A DNA stretch of 64,000 nucleotides, from positions 32,001 through 96,000 of the forward strand of contig CAWJZV010000046.1 of NCBI GenBank assembly GCA_963847445.1, in the 5' to 3' direction. The notes under the pieces are model-generated. The model saw only the letters and a list, made by a program, of their open reading frames with translations, was not told where the DNA came from and did not search any database. Shown in pieces: positions 1-11,785 of this stretch (position 1 is its first letter; every line of letters starts with the position of its first letter). Position numbers and translations under genes: made by a program. Source of the DNA: an uncultured delta proteobacterium. Its GTDB lineage: Bacteria > Desulfobacterota > Binatia > UBA9968.

Positions 1-420
1 TATATTCACGTGCGTAAAACCGGCGCGTTGATCCGCGCTTCGCTGCGCTTGGGCGCGCAGGTGGCCGGCGCCAAGCCGGCTGAGCTGAAGCGCATCGCGC
101 GCTTCGGCGAGTATCTCGGCTTGGCATTTCAAATCGCCGACGACATCCTCGATATTCTGGGCGAGACCGCGCCCGGCGAGCGGGCCGAGTCGGGACACAG
201 CGAGTGGAACAAGGCGACTTTTCCGTCGGTGATCGGCATTGGCGCGGCGCAGGAACGGCTCAAGGAGTTACGCCGGCTATGTTTGCGCGAATTGGCTCCC
301 TTCGGCACCGGCGCCGAGCCGTTGCGCGCGATTACCCGGCAGATTGCCGCTCGGGCATTGAACAGGAATGACGAAGTTCCAACCAAGGAGATGCAGGACC
401 TAATATGGCGCGATTGCTAG
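1..420 (+). CDS. ispA: Polyprenyl synthetase / geranyltranstransferase, 3' part (5' end outside window)
   Basis: KTGALI and GLAFQIADDILD (second aspartate-rich motif), KATFP; directly upstream of dxs. Confidence 0.9.
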   Translation, partial: YIHVRKTGALIRASLRLGAQVAGAKPAELKRIARFGEYLGLAFQIADDILDILGETAPGERAESGHSEWNKATFPSVIGIGAAQERLKELRRLCLRELAPFGTGAEPLRAITRQIAARALNRNDEVPTKEMQDLIWRDC

Positions 421-2321
421 ACGGTATCGAATATCCGTGCGACATGCGCAAACTCAGGATCGACGAGTTGCCGCAGTTGGCTCAGGAGATCCGCGAAGAA
501 GTGATTTCGGTGGTGTCGGAAGTGGGCGGCCACTTCGCTTCAACTTTGGGTGCGGTGGAGCTGACCCTGGCGCTGCATTACGTTTTCAATACGCCGGAAG
601 ACCGCATCGTTTGGGACACCGGCCATCAAACCTACGCTCATAAACTCCTCTGCGGCCGGCGCGACCGCTTGGCGACGATCCGCCAGTTGGGCGGTCTGAG
701 CGGCTTTCTCTCGCGCGAAGAGAGCGAATACGACACCTTTGGCGCCGGTCATGCCGGCACATCGATTTCCGCGGCGCTCGGTATGGTCGAGGCGAACGCG
801 CTGGCCGGCGGCAAGCGCAAAGTCGTCGCGGTGATCAGCGATGGCGGTTTGAGTGCGGGATTGACGTACGAAGGACTCAACTCGGCCGGCCATCTGGACC
901 GGGACTTGATCGTTATTCTCAACGACAATGAGCACTTTATCGATCCGCGGGTGGGCGCGGTGTCGTCGTTTTTGAGCCGGCAGTTTACCACCGATCTGGG
1001 CCTGCGGCTGCAAAAAAACCTTTCGAGTTTGCTTAAGAGTTTGCCCAGCGGCGAGCAAATCAAATACGCGGCGCGCAAGATTCGCGATTCATTTTTGAGC
1101 TTGGTTACGCCGGGATTTCTCTTCGAGAGTTTGGGCTTTCAGTATGTCGGTCCCATCGACGGTCATGATATCGGCGCGATGATCGCGACTTTGGAAAACA
1201 TCAAAAGGGTCGAGGGGCCGACCTTGGTTCATGTCTTGACTAAAAAGGGCAAGGGTTTCGCACTGGCGGAACAGAACCCGATCAAGTTTCACGGCGTCAC
1301 GCCGTTTCACGTGCTCACCGGCAAGGCGAAAAAAGACAAAAGCCCAGTGCCCACCTACACCGAGATCTTCGGTCAAGCGCTGGCGCGCCTGGCCAAGGAA
1401 AATCCCAAGATCGTCGGCATCACCGCGGCTATGGGCAGCGGCACCGGCATCGATAAGTTGCAGCGCGAGTTGCCGGAACGCACCTACGATGTCGGCATCG
1501 CCGAACAGCATGCGGTCACGTTCGCCGCCGGTATGGCGACCGAGGGTTATGTGCCGGTGGTGGCGATCTATTCGACTTTTCTACAGCGCGGCTACGACGA
1601 GATTCTCCACGATGTTTGCTTGCAGAATCTTCACGTGGTGCTGGCGCTTGATCGCGGCGGTTTGGTCGGCGCCGACGGTCCAACGCACCATGGCGTTTTC
1701 GATTTCGCCTATATGCGTTCGATCCCCAACCTGGTCATCATGGCGCCCAAGGACGAAAACGAGTTGCAGCATATGCTCAAGACCGCCATCGACCATTCGG
1801 GGCCGATTTCATTGCGCTATCCGCGCGGTGAAGGTTGGAATGTCGCGCTCGACGAGCGGATGCACAGTCTGAAGATTGGCAAAGCGGAACTGCTGCGCGA
1901 CGGCACCGATCTGGTCATCGCTGCCATCGGCAACACGGCGATTCCGGCACTTAGAGCCGCGCAAGATTTGGCCCCGCTGGGCATCAACGCGGCGGTGGTC
2001 AATGCACGCTTCGTCAAACCGCTGGATGAACACCTGTTTCGCGATCTACTGACCAAAGTGCCGCGGCTCATCACTGTCGAAGATCATGCGATCAGCGGCG
2101 GTTTCGGCAGCGCGCTGGTGGAATTTCTCGCGGATGACGGCATTGCCGGTGTGGATGTCAAACGGCTCGGTGTGCCGGATCGATTCATTCCCCATGGCAC
2201 CCAAGACGAACTCAAGAAAATCTGCGGCTTCGACAAAGATGCCATCGCTCAGGCGGCCTTGCAGATGATGCGCCGTGGCAAGAAGAAAATTAGAGAGGGA
2301 TGGGAAAGAGGCAGCGCTTAG
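405..2321 (+). CDS. dxs: 1-deoxy-D-xylulose-5-phosphate synthase
   Basis: GHQTYAHK, GPIDGHD, DVGIAEQHAV, DRGGLVGADGPTHHG motifs; 638 aa. Confidence 0.97.
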   Translation: MARLLDGIEYPCDMRKLRIDELPQLAQEIREEVISVVSEVGGHFASTLGAVELTLALHYVFNTPEDRIVWDTGHQTYAHKLLCGRRDRLATIRQLGGLSGFLSREESEYDTFGAGHAGTSISAALGMVEANALAGGKRKVVAVISDGGLSAGLTYEGLNSAGHLDRDLIVILNDNEHFIDPRVGAVSSFLSRQFTTDLGLRLQKNLSSLLKSLPSGEQIKYAARKIRDSFLSLVTPGFLFESLGFQYVGPIDGHDIGAMIATLENIKRVEGPTLVHVLTKKGKGFALAEQNPIKFHGVTPFHVLTGKAKKDKSPVPTYTEIFGQALARLAKENPKIVGITAAMGSGTGIDKLQRELPERTYDVGIAEQHAVTFAAGMATEGYVPVVAIYSTFLQRGYDEILHDVCLQNLHVVLALDRGGLVGADGPTHHGVFDFAYMRSIPNLVIMAPKDENELQHMLKTAIDHSGPISLRYPRGEGWNVALDERMHSLKIGKAELLRDGTDLVIAAIGNTAIPALRAAQDLAPLGINAAVVNARFVKPLDEHLFRDLLTKVPRLITVEDHAISGGFGSALVEFLADDGIAGVDVKRLGVPDRFIPHGTQDELKKICGFDKDAIAQAALQMMRRGKKKIREGWERGSA

Positions 2322-3050
2322 ACTTGCTCTTGGTCGAACGCCAACTGGTGGCGAGCCGGGAAGAAGGGCGGCGGCGCATTCTCGCCGGCGAGGTTCTAGT
2401 CAACCGACAACCGGTCACCAAAGCGGGCAACTTGATCGACCGCGCGGCGCCGATCACGGTTATAGCCGCGCCTCCCTATGTCAGCCGCGGCGGCATCAAA
2501 CTGGAGAAGGCGCTGCGCGAGTTTGCCATTGAGGTCGCCGGCAAAAGTGCCATCGACATCGGTGCTTCCACCGGCGGCTTCACCGATTGTCTGCTCGTTC
2601 ATGGCGCCGCCAAGGTCATCGCGGTGGATGTCGGTTATGGCCAACTCGATTGGAAACTGCGCAACGACCCGCGCGTCGTGGTTCTCGAAAAAACCAACAT
2701 CCGTTATCTGGAGCCGGCGCGGTCTGCCGTTCATTCCGACACTCGCGACCATCGATGCCTCGTTTATTTCGCTCAAATTGATCCTGCCGAAAGTACATTC
2801 GCTAATTGCCTCAGAAGGGACTGTCGTGGCGCTGATCAAGCCACAGTTCGAAGTGGGTAAGGGTAAAGTCGGCAAAGGCGGCGTGGTGCGCTCGGCGGAA
2901 GAGCATCGCCGGGTCATCGATGAAATATCTCTAGCGGCGGTCGACTGCGGTTATCGGGTCCTGGCCGTTACCGAATCGCCGCTCATGGGACCCAAGGGCA
3001 ACAAAGAATTTTTGCTCCATCTCAAAATGAATTCGCTCGCGACGGTTTGA
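2300..3050 (+). CDS. tlyA: TlyA family rRNA methyltransferase (one frameshift near 2715)
   Basis: S4 domain RLDLLL, YVSRGGIKL, DIGASTGGFTD in ORF 2300; DASFISL, LIKPQFE, SPLMGPKGNKEF in second frame. Confidence 0.93.
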
Positions 3051-3107
3051 ATTTTCACGCGACTGTACCGAGCGCGGCGCAGCGGCAATCAAAGACGATG
3101 GATGTAT

Positions 3108-3247
3108 CTCCCGCGAAGCCGCGAAGCGCAGAAGGTGACGGGCCGAAGCCCGTCATCCCGAGCGAGCGCGAGGGATCTAGAGAGATTTCTCCCTCTGGTC
3201 GAAATGACAACAATTCCGAACTTGGCGCCTTTGCGCCTTGGCGGGAG
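3108..3247. repeat. Composite palindromic intergenic repeat (GTCATCCCGAG...GATTTCTCCC...GTCGAAATGAC core inside CGCRAAG-type terminal inverted repeats)
   Basis: Similar copy at ~44147-44283 and partial core at ~57338-57365. Confidence 0.8.
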
Positions 3248-3335
3248 GAACATCGCGAATCCGACAGGCATTTACTGTCGGGAAATTTGTTCTAGCAGCT
3301 AACAATTCGATCCATAGCAATCTAAGACTATCGCC

Positions 3336-4067
3336 ATGCCATCGTTCAAGAAAATTGCCCACCGCGGCGCCTCGGGACAATATCCGGAAAATAGCCGGTT
3401 GGCCTTTGAGAATGCAATTGCCGCGGGCGCCGATATGATCGAGCTCGACTGCCAACTGAGCGCCGATGGCCATGTGGTGGTGTTTCACGATGAGCGGCTC
3501 GCGCGTACAACCGGCGCCCGCGGGAAAGTTTATGATAAGACGCTGGCGCAACTGCGCGCCCTCGACATCGGCAAGTGGCGCAAGCCGGCCTTTCGCGGCG
3601 AGAAGATCTTGACCCTGGAAGAGGCGCTGGAAATTTTTGCCGGCAACGTCGATCTATGTCTGGAAATTAAAGTCGCCGCCGGTGCGCCGCCCGGCATCGA
3701 GTTGAAGCTGCTGTTCATCCTGAGCCACTACGATTACTTGGAGCGGACGGTGATCTCGTCCTTCGATTACCGCAGCTTGGCCAGGGTGCGGGAGTTGGCG
3801 CCCGAGGCGGCCCTCGGAGTCATTCACGGAGCCGGCATCCGGGAAGATCCCATCGCCGCCGCCGAGCGGCTTGCCGCGACGTCAATCCATGTGCAAAAGC
3901 AGCTCGCGCAACGTGAATTTTGCCAGCGCGCCTGGCAGGCGGGCTTAGATCTCTACGTCTGGACCGTCAACGATCGGCGTGAGATCGAGATGTTCATCGA
4001 TTTGGGTGTACAGGGGATTATTTCCGATTATCCCGAAAAGCTATGTCTGATTGGCCGCGCTGGTTGA
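3336..4067 (+). CDS. Glycerophosphodiester phosphodiesterase
   Basis: IAHRGASG.YPENS, IELD, VVFHD, WTVND, IISDYP motifs. Confidence 0.93.
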   Translation: MPSFKKIAHRGASGQYPENSRLAFENAIAAGADMIELDCQLSADGHVVVFHDERLARTTGARGKVYDKTLAQLRALDIGKWRKPAFRGEKILTLEEALEIFAGNVDLCLEIKVAAGAPPGIELKLLFILSHYDYLERTVISSFDYRSLARVRELAPEAALGVIHGAGIREDPIAAAERLAATSIHVQKQLAQREFCQRAWQAGLDLYVWTVNDRREIEMFIDLGVQGIISDYPEKLCLIGRAG

Positions 4068-4183
4068 TTGACAAAACGTTGGCGTTTTTTGTCCTGTTGC
4101 TAGGTGCTCGTAATACCCTCATTCCAGCACTCGTTTCACCCTTCGCCAATTAGTGCAAACAGTTAGATTTAAAAGTGTTTTAC

Positions 4184-4211
4184 TTGACTTGAATGATTTA
4201 TCAGCTAAAAT
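4184..4211 (+). promoter_or_regulatory. Putative sigma70 promoter of the rpsU operon
   Basis: TTGACT-N16-TAAAAT about 50 nt upstream of rpsU in an AT-rich patch. Confidence 0.5.
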
Positions 4212-4260
4212 CGAATCCGGTTTATGTGCGGTCTGCCTGGATCGGGGGTGAGTCATTTCT

Positions 4261-4455
4261 ATGACCGGAGTTCGTGTTCGAGATAACGAGTCGATTGAAA
4301 GCGCCATCCGCCGCTTTAAAAAACTATGCGAAAAAGCCGGCATCCTCGCCGAATTGCGTAAACGAGAACATTACGAGAAGCCTAGCGTAAAACGTAAGAA
4401 AAAAGCGATTGCCGCAAAAAAACGCGCCCTACGACGCGTGCGTCATGCGTTTTAA
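4261..4455 (+). CDS. rpsU: 30S ribosomal protein S21
   Basis: RRFKK...[22 protein letters not shown]. Confidence 0.98.
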   Translation: MTGVRVRDNESIESAIRRFKKLCEKAGILAELRKREHYEKPSVKRKKKAIAAKKRALRRVRHAF

Positions 4456-4482
4456 GCGTCGAAATCGAGAGCCAGCGCAGCA

Positions 4483-4929
4483 ATGGACTTAAAAGCGGAG
4501 ATTCAACAAGCCGTGAAAGCCGCCATGAAAGGCGGCGACACGGTGACGCTCTCATCCCTGCGCTTGTTGTTGGCGGCGCTGCAGAACGAAGAGATTCGCT
4601 TGCGCCGGGCGCTGAGCGCCGATGAGATTCACAGAATTATCGGCACTCTGTGCAAGCAGCGCGGCGAAGCGATTGAGTTGTACCGTAAGGGTGGGCGCGA
4701 GGAGCTGGCGGCCAAAGAAGAAGCCGAGCTCGTGATCCTTCAGGGGTTTCTCCCGCAGCAACTTAGCGACGACGAGATCAAGTCGGCAGTTCAAGCGAGT
4801 ATCGACGAGGCCGGCGCCAGTGGGCTTGCCGACTTCGGAAAAGTTATGAAGTTAGTAATGCCCAAGGTGGCGGGACGCAGCGACGGCAAACGGGTTAGCG
4901 AGCTCACCAAGGCATTGCTGGGCGGTTAG
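4483..4929 (+). CDS. yqeY: GatB/YqeY domain protein
   Basis: AMK, KQR.EAIELY.KGGR, LPQQLS, GKVMK, GRSDGK; follows rpsU. Confidence 0.92.
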   Translation: MDLKAEIQQAVKAAMKGGDTVTLSSLRLLLAALQNEEIRLRRALSADEIHRIIGTLCKQRGEAIELYRKGGREELAAKEEAELVILQGFLPQQLSDDEIKSAVQASIDEAGASGLADFGKVMKLVMPKVAGRSDGKRVSELTKALLGG

Positions 4930-5092
4930 GGCATTGGGATTGGGCTCGCTCGGGCTAGCGGGTGCTTGAGCGGTCCAGCCCGATGCCAATGGATGTCGCC
5001 CGGTTTCCCGGACAATATATCGACTGTGCGAACATGGCGAGCGGCCGGAGCGATTAACGATCGGTGCCGCCAACGCGGGTGGGTGCCAGCTG

Positions 5093-5626
5093 GTGAATTG
5101 GGTCGATTTGATTCTGCTTGCCGTTCTTGGGATATTTGGCCTTCGAGGGTTCTTCCGAGGTCTCTTCCGTGAAATCTTATCACTGGCCGGACTCATCGTC
5201 GGTTTCCTGGTTGCCGCGCGCTACGGCGATGTGGCGGCGCAGTACGCCGCGCAGCATTGGAAGTTTGCCCCGATAATGCTCAAGGGTGCGGGCTTTGTCG
5301 CGATCTTCTTTGTGATTTATTTCGGCTTTAGCGTCGCCGCTTGGCTGCTGCATCGTTCGGAAAAAATGTTGTTTCTGAAATCTGTCAATCGCGTCGGCGG
5401 CATCGCCATCGGTGTCGGCAAGGGCGCGGCTGTGGCGGCGCTGGCGATCTTCTTGTTCAGTTCCTCTTCATTGCTTTCCCAGCCCACCCGTGACTCGCTT
5501 GCAAGTGCTTATTTGGTGCCGCCGCTGTCTCAACTGGGGGAAACTTTGATCAAGGCGGGTAAGGAGCGAATCTTCACCGGCGCTGGCGCCGCGCCGACGC
5601 CGGCCGGAGGGCGGCAGGCGATCTAG
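5093..5626 (+). CDS. cvpA: CvpA family (colicin V production) membrane protein
   Basis: NWVD...G..RGLFREILSL and NRVGG motifs; 4 hydrophobic segments. Confidence 0.88.
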   Translation: MNWVDLILLAVLGIFGLRGFFRGLFREILSLAGLIVGFLVAARYGDVAAQYAAQHWKFAPIMLKGAGFVAIFFVIYFGFSVAAWLLHRSEKMLFLKSVNRVGGIAIGVGKGAAVAALAIFLFSSSSLLSQPTRDSLASAYLVPPLSQLGETLIKAGKERIFTGAGAAPTPAGGRQAI

Positions 5627-7373
5627 TTATTAGCCATGATTAGCCAGGATAAAATCGCCGAAATTCGCAATCGCGCATCGATTGTCGAAGTGATTTCCGA
5701 CTACGTCACGCTCAAGAAAGCCGGCCGCAATCACTTGGGACTTTGTCCGTTCCACGGCGAGAAGACGCCGTCGTTCACGGTCAACGAAGAGAAAGGGATC
5801 TATCATTGCTTTGGCTGCCATGCCGGCGGCAGCGTGTTTCAGTTTCTCATGGAGTACGATCACCAGAGTTTCCCCGAAGCGGTGGAACAGGTGGCCAAAC
5901 GCTACGGCATCGTCATCGAACGATCGGACGCGGGCAATTATCAGCGCGACCTGGGCGAGCGCGAAAATCTTTTCCGCATCAACGAGCGCGCCGCGGCTAA
6001 CTATCAGCGCATTCTGTTCGATCATCCCGAGGGCAAGGCTGCGCTGGAGTATCTCAAGCGGCGCGGCGTCGACGATGCCATCGCGCGCAAGTTCATGTTG
6101 GGCTTCGCACCGCAGGGCGGTTCGGGACTGGTCGGTCTGGTCAAGAAAGAAAGTTTAGCGTTGGCGGACGCGATCAAGCTCGGTCTGGTCGGCCAGCGCA
6201 ACGCGCAACAGTATTACGAGAAGTTTTTCGCCAGGGTGATGTTTCCCATCGCCAACGCGGCGGGCAAGATCGTCGGCTTCGGCGGCCGGGTGATCGATCA
6301 AGGCATGCCGAAGTATCTGAACTCGAGCGAGACGCCGCTGTTTCACAAGGGTTCGACGGTTTACGGTCTGCACCAGGCCAAGGAAGGCATCCGCCAGGCC
6401 GACCGGGTTGTCGTGGTCGAAGGTTATCTCGACGTGATCGCTCTGGCGCAGCATGGCATCGGTTACGCCGTGGCGACTTTGGGCACGGCGCTGACCGTCG
6501 AACATGTGCGCGCGCTTGTCGCGTTATACCAAGAATATTATCGCATTATTCGACGGCGACGATGCCGGGCTGAAGGCGGCGGCGCGCAGTTTCGAGATTT
6601 TCGTCGAAGCCGGTTTGCTCGGCCGCGCGGCGTTTTTACCCAAAGACGAGGATCCGGATAGCTTCGTCCGCCAGCAAGGCAAGGACGCCGTCGAGAAGCT
6701 GCTCGATCAAGCGGTGCCGATGGCCGATTTTTATTTTTCCTGGCTGCAGCGGCGCGACGGCAGCACCATCGAAGGCAAGAGCCAGACCGCCGCTGAGATT
6801 GGCCGGTTGCTCGCCAAAGTGACCAATCCTTTCGAAGTCGATCTGTTGATTCGCCGGGCGGCGGACCTGGGCGTACGCGAGGAGCTGTTGCGCCGGCCGG
6901 TCGGCGAATGCTGCCAATAGGCGGCCGGTGCTGCCGAACCGTCCATCGGCTGTCGTTGCGGCAACGGCGCCGAGTGACAGCCGCGACGATATTGCCGAGC
7001 GCTCGCTGGTCGGACTGGTGCTGCGCGTGCCGGCGTTACTTGAGAAATTGGCTCGGGAAACGCGCGCGCGCCAATGTTTTAGCGACAAATGGCGCCCGGT
7101 GGTTGACGCGATCATCTTGGAATGGCAAGAAACAGGGAACATCGACATTGGCGCGATCACCCAAAAGTTGCCAGAGCAGCGGGTCAGCGAATTTGCCGCC
7201 TTGGTGTTGGAAGCCGAGAACAGGTCCGATGCCGAATGCGCCAAGATGGCCGGCGATTGCCTGAACCACTTGCAGCGCAAATACTTAAAAATCCAAGAGC
7301 GCGATTTGCGCATCGCCATACGTGCCGCGGAAGAGAAACGTGACGAGATTGCCAAGAGAGAAAGGATACTAGA

Positions 7374-9245
<1,872 letters not shown>

Positions 9246-9302
9246 AACGTGGAGCCATCAAACACGCAACCCGAAACTCCTAACCCGAAACGAATTATTT
9301 TA

Positions 9303-9379
9303 GGGCCCATAGCTCAGTTGGTTAGAGCCACCGGCTCATAACCGGTTGGTCCCTGGTTCGAGTCCAGGTGGGCCCACCA
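9303..9379 (+). tRNA. tRNA with CAT anticodon, most likely tRNA-Ile2 (lysidine-modified)
   Basis: Cloverleaf GGGCCCA...TGGGCCC ACCA, anticodon loop CTCATAA, T-loop GTTCGAGTC; position after rpoD is typical of ileX. Confidence 0.92.
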
Positions 9380-9425
9380 ACTTCTTCCCTTTGTGTTTTT
9401 AACTGTTTGCCCTTCCGTGGCCCTG

Positions 9426-9580
9426 CTATCCTCTGCTGGGGTCACGGTTTGGGTCACGGTTTTTGACACACAATCCCAAGCATCTTAGCAAGCTGTCGAC
9501 GGCATCGCTGCGCACGAATCGACCGTAGTGTTTCTCGATCATCGCAACGCTGGTGCCGCAGTATTCGCCAGCCACATGAT
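9426..9580 (-). pseudogene. C-terminal remnant of a tyrosine recombinase/integrase
   Basis: EYCGTSVAMIEKHYGRF resembles the box II / catalytic Tyr region; adjacent to tRNA 3' end; tandem GGGTCACGGTTT x2 at 9439-9462. Confidence 0.65.
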
Positions 9581-9681
9581 GTTGACGCCATTGGCTAGAC
9601 CGGCGCTGATAAACATGTGTCGGCAAGCGTAGAGTTTGCGCTCTCGTACAATTGCCATCACTGCGCAGGAAAGTTGCAGAA

Positions 9682-9876
9682 CTAGGATGCCGAATCGCAA
9701 CTAGAGGGCGTACTAACACATGCCGTAACCTTGCTCCAACCACTCGACAATCCATTAGCAATATTTGTATTCTTAATGGCGACCCAAAAAACGAGCGCCA
9801 CCAAAACCACGATCAAAGTGTACTCAACGAGACCTTGACCATCTTCTTCGATTGACAAACGTTTCAACAGCTCCAT
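9682..9876 (-). CDS. flp: Flp family type IVb pilin
   Basis: EEDG/QGLVEY prepilin motif followed by a hydrophobic helix; 64 aa; GGGGG RBS. Confidence 0.9.
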   Translation of the reverse strand: MELLKRLSIEEDGQGLVEYTLIVVLVALVFWVAIKNTNIANGLSSGWSKVTACVSTPSSCDSAS

Positions 9877-10045
9877 TTAAATTCCCCCTTTCTAGCGACT
9901 CCTTACCGTATTTTAATCTGAGTCGAGACCAACTAATCGCCAACTCCTTTCGCCTGATACAAAGCTCACGCCGCGGCTAACCATCCGTATGGCAAAAGCG
10001 ACTGGATATGCTGGACCGTAGCGCCTATCAGTTGAATCCTGGTGT

Positions 10046-10097
10046 AATAACAAAGCTTGACTCCCGCCTGGAATAACATAGCTTGACTCCAGCCTAG
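10046..10097. repeat. 26-bp tandem direct repeat (2 copies) upstream of flp
   Basis: AATAACAAAGCTTGACTCCCGCCTGG / AATAACATAGCTTGACTCCAGCCTAG. Confidence 0.8.
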
Positions 10098-10156
10098 CAG
10101 ACGAAATGGCTGCGGGCCAATAGGGTTCAGGTTTCCGTGTCTTTGCTTTAATCAAT

Positions 10157-10172
10157 AACAAAGGCTGTGCCA
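10157..10172 (-). promoter_or_regulatory. Near-consensus sigma54 promoter for flp
   Basis: TGGCACAGCCTTTGTT (GG-N10-GT instead of GC). Confidence 0.5.
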
Positions 10173-10595
10173 GCCCGTTCCGACGTCGATTTAGCTTTGC
10201 TTTAGGCGACTTAGCTGGCCAACGGATTTCAAAGTGATTTCGTTGTCAGACTTTTGGTCATACACCGAAGGAAAAATACTGACATTGAAGTAAACCCATT
10301 TGACTAGCGGTCCGGGAGAATCAAAATGGGCAGGGCTCAATTCCTGCGGTTCTCGGCATCCCAGACCGGAAGCATGCCAGTGTCATGACTCCGCATTCGT
10401 TCGGCAGCATCAGTCATGGTGTGTCGCGATTTCCACGTCGCGTGCCAGGATCTCTTTTACCTGCATAGTTCCTCCCGAACTGTTGAAACTACGCTGCCTG
10501 GCGAAAACGAAATTACTTATTCCAAAATTAACAAGATGCGATGCGTGGTAATGAAAAATCCAGCTCGAGAACCGCGCAGGCTCGAACAATATTCA

Positions 10596-10952
10596 TCAAT
10601 ACTCTGCGCGCTCACGCCGTAAGCGCTCGGTCTCCCGACGCTGCCGATCGATCTCGTCCTGATTGCGTTGGATCTGATCTTGTTGCCTGTAGTTTTCGTT
10701 ATTCTGCCCTTGGAGCTGATCACCGACCAGCGCACCGGCTCCTAGGCCAAGCGCACCACCAACAGCGGCTCCGGCACCCGGGTGGCCGACGGCTGCGCCA
10801 ATGAGACCTCCTGCTGCCGCACCGCCGAGCGCGCCGATCCCTGCTCCCTTCTCTCTCGTCGTCAACGAGCCTCCGGCACAACCTGCGCCGAACAGAGTTA
10901 TGACGATAAGTAACAACGTTAAATTCTTGGTACCTGAGTTGCTGTTCTTCAT
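10596..10952 (-). CDS. Glycine-zipper lipoprotein
   Basis: Lipobox GAGC, then GAGIGALGGAAAGGLIG...GAGAAVGGALG glycine zipper and Gln-rich coiled coil. Confidence 0.85.
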   Translation of the reverse strand: MKNSNSGTKNLTLLLIVITLFGAGCAGGSLTTREKGAGIGALGGAAAGGLIGAAVGHPGAGAAVGGALGLGAGALVGDQLQGQNNENYRQQDQIQRNQDEIDRQRRETERLRRERAEY

Positions 10953-10989
10953 ATAAACTCCTTCCCTTTCTGTAACACCGCTCTCTATG

Positions 10990-11357
10990 CTAATGGGCAG
11001 ATATCAATCCCATCAGTTCGCCCGTGGAAAAAGGCTTCGCGAGCACATTTACCTCCGGTCTGTCTTTCTCCTGTTCGATCTCCGACTCCAACCACTCCAG
11101 ATCCGCGCTCATGTAGATGGTTCGAACGTTGAAATTACTGACTTTCCTGATTCGACTCACGAGCTCCACGCCGTTTTCTCCCGGCAACTGAAGATCCGAT
11201 ATCACCAGATCTGGCCTGAACCGCAGATAGATGGAATATCCTTCCGCCGCATCCTTAGCTATTCGGATTTCATATCCTTCGGACGTGAGCCGTTCCTGAA
11301 GGATAAAGGATAAATTTTCATCGTCCTCTACGAGTAAGACTTTCAATGTTTTTTCAT
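10990..11357 (-). CDS. Single-domain response regulator (receiver)
   Basis: LLVEDD, DLVISD, MSA, KPF; ATG at 11357 behind a GGAGG RBS needs a 1-nt fix in an A run. Confidence 0.88.
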
Positions 11358-11460
11358 GTGGCTCTCCTCCTCACTGACTCAAGCAATTGCCGCATGGAAT
11401 TCTTATTGCCAACTTCTCTAATCGATCGGAGATTTGGCATCAGGCTTAATATTGAATGAG

Positions 11461-11476
11461 CGCAAACCTTATGCCA
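11461..11476 (-). promoter_or_regulatory. Sigma54 -24/-12 promoter
   Basis: TGGCATAAGGTTTGCG (GG-N10-GC) upstream of the receiver and lipoprotein genes. Confidence 0.7.
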
Positions 11477-11785
11477 GCTAGTACGACGCCGATTTTGTAA
11501 AGTTATTGTCACGGCTGGCGGGTGGAGAACCCTTCATAGAGGGAGATTTTCCTCCGCCCGCGGAAATTCTTCAAAGGCAGGATAAGCGATCTGCTTTAGC
11601 GGAATATATCTGAGACCAATTTAATTCTGGATTGATTTTGTACTAGAAGATGCGCTTGGTCGGCGCCTCCATCGCAAGATCTCACAAATTAGTCCTAGCG
11701 GGCTGATACTTCTGGCTGATACTTCTATAGTTACCTTCGCGGCGACTGATCATAATCACCTCATTCAGCTAAATAGATGGGCACT

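Noticed and set aside
10046-10097. Mini CRISPR array
   Set aside because: Two abutting repeats without spacers; no cas genes
9877-10150. c-di-GMP-I (GEMM) riboswitch upstream of flp
   Set aside because: No GGCAAAC-stem-GAAA-stem-GACGCAAAG core found
11701-11726. 13-bp tandem GGCTGATACTTCT x2
   Set aside because: Isolated duplication with no context suggesting function
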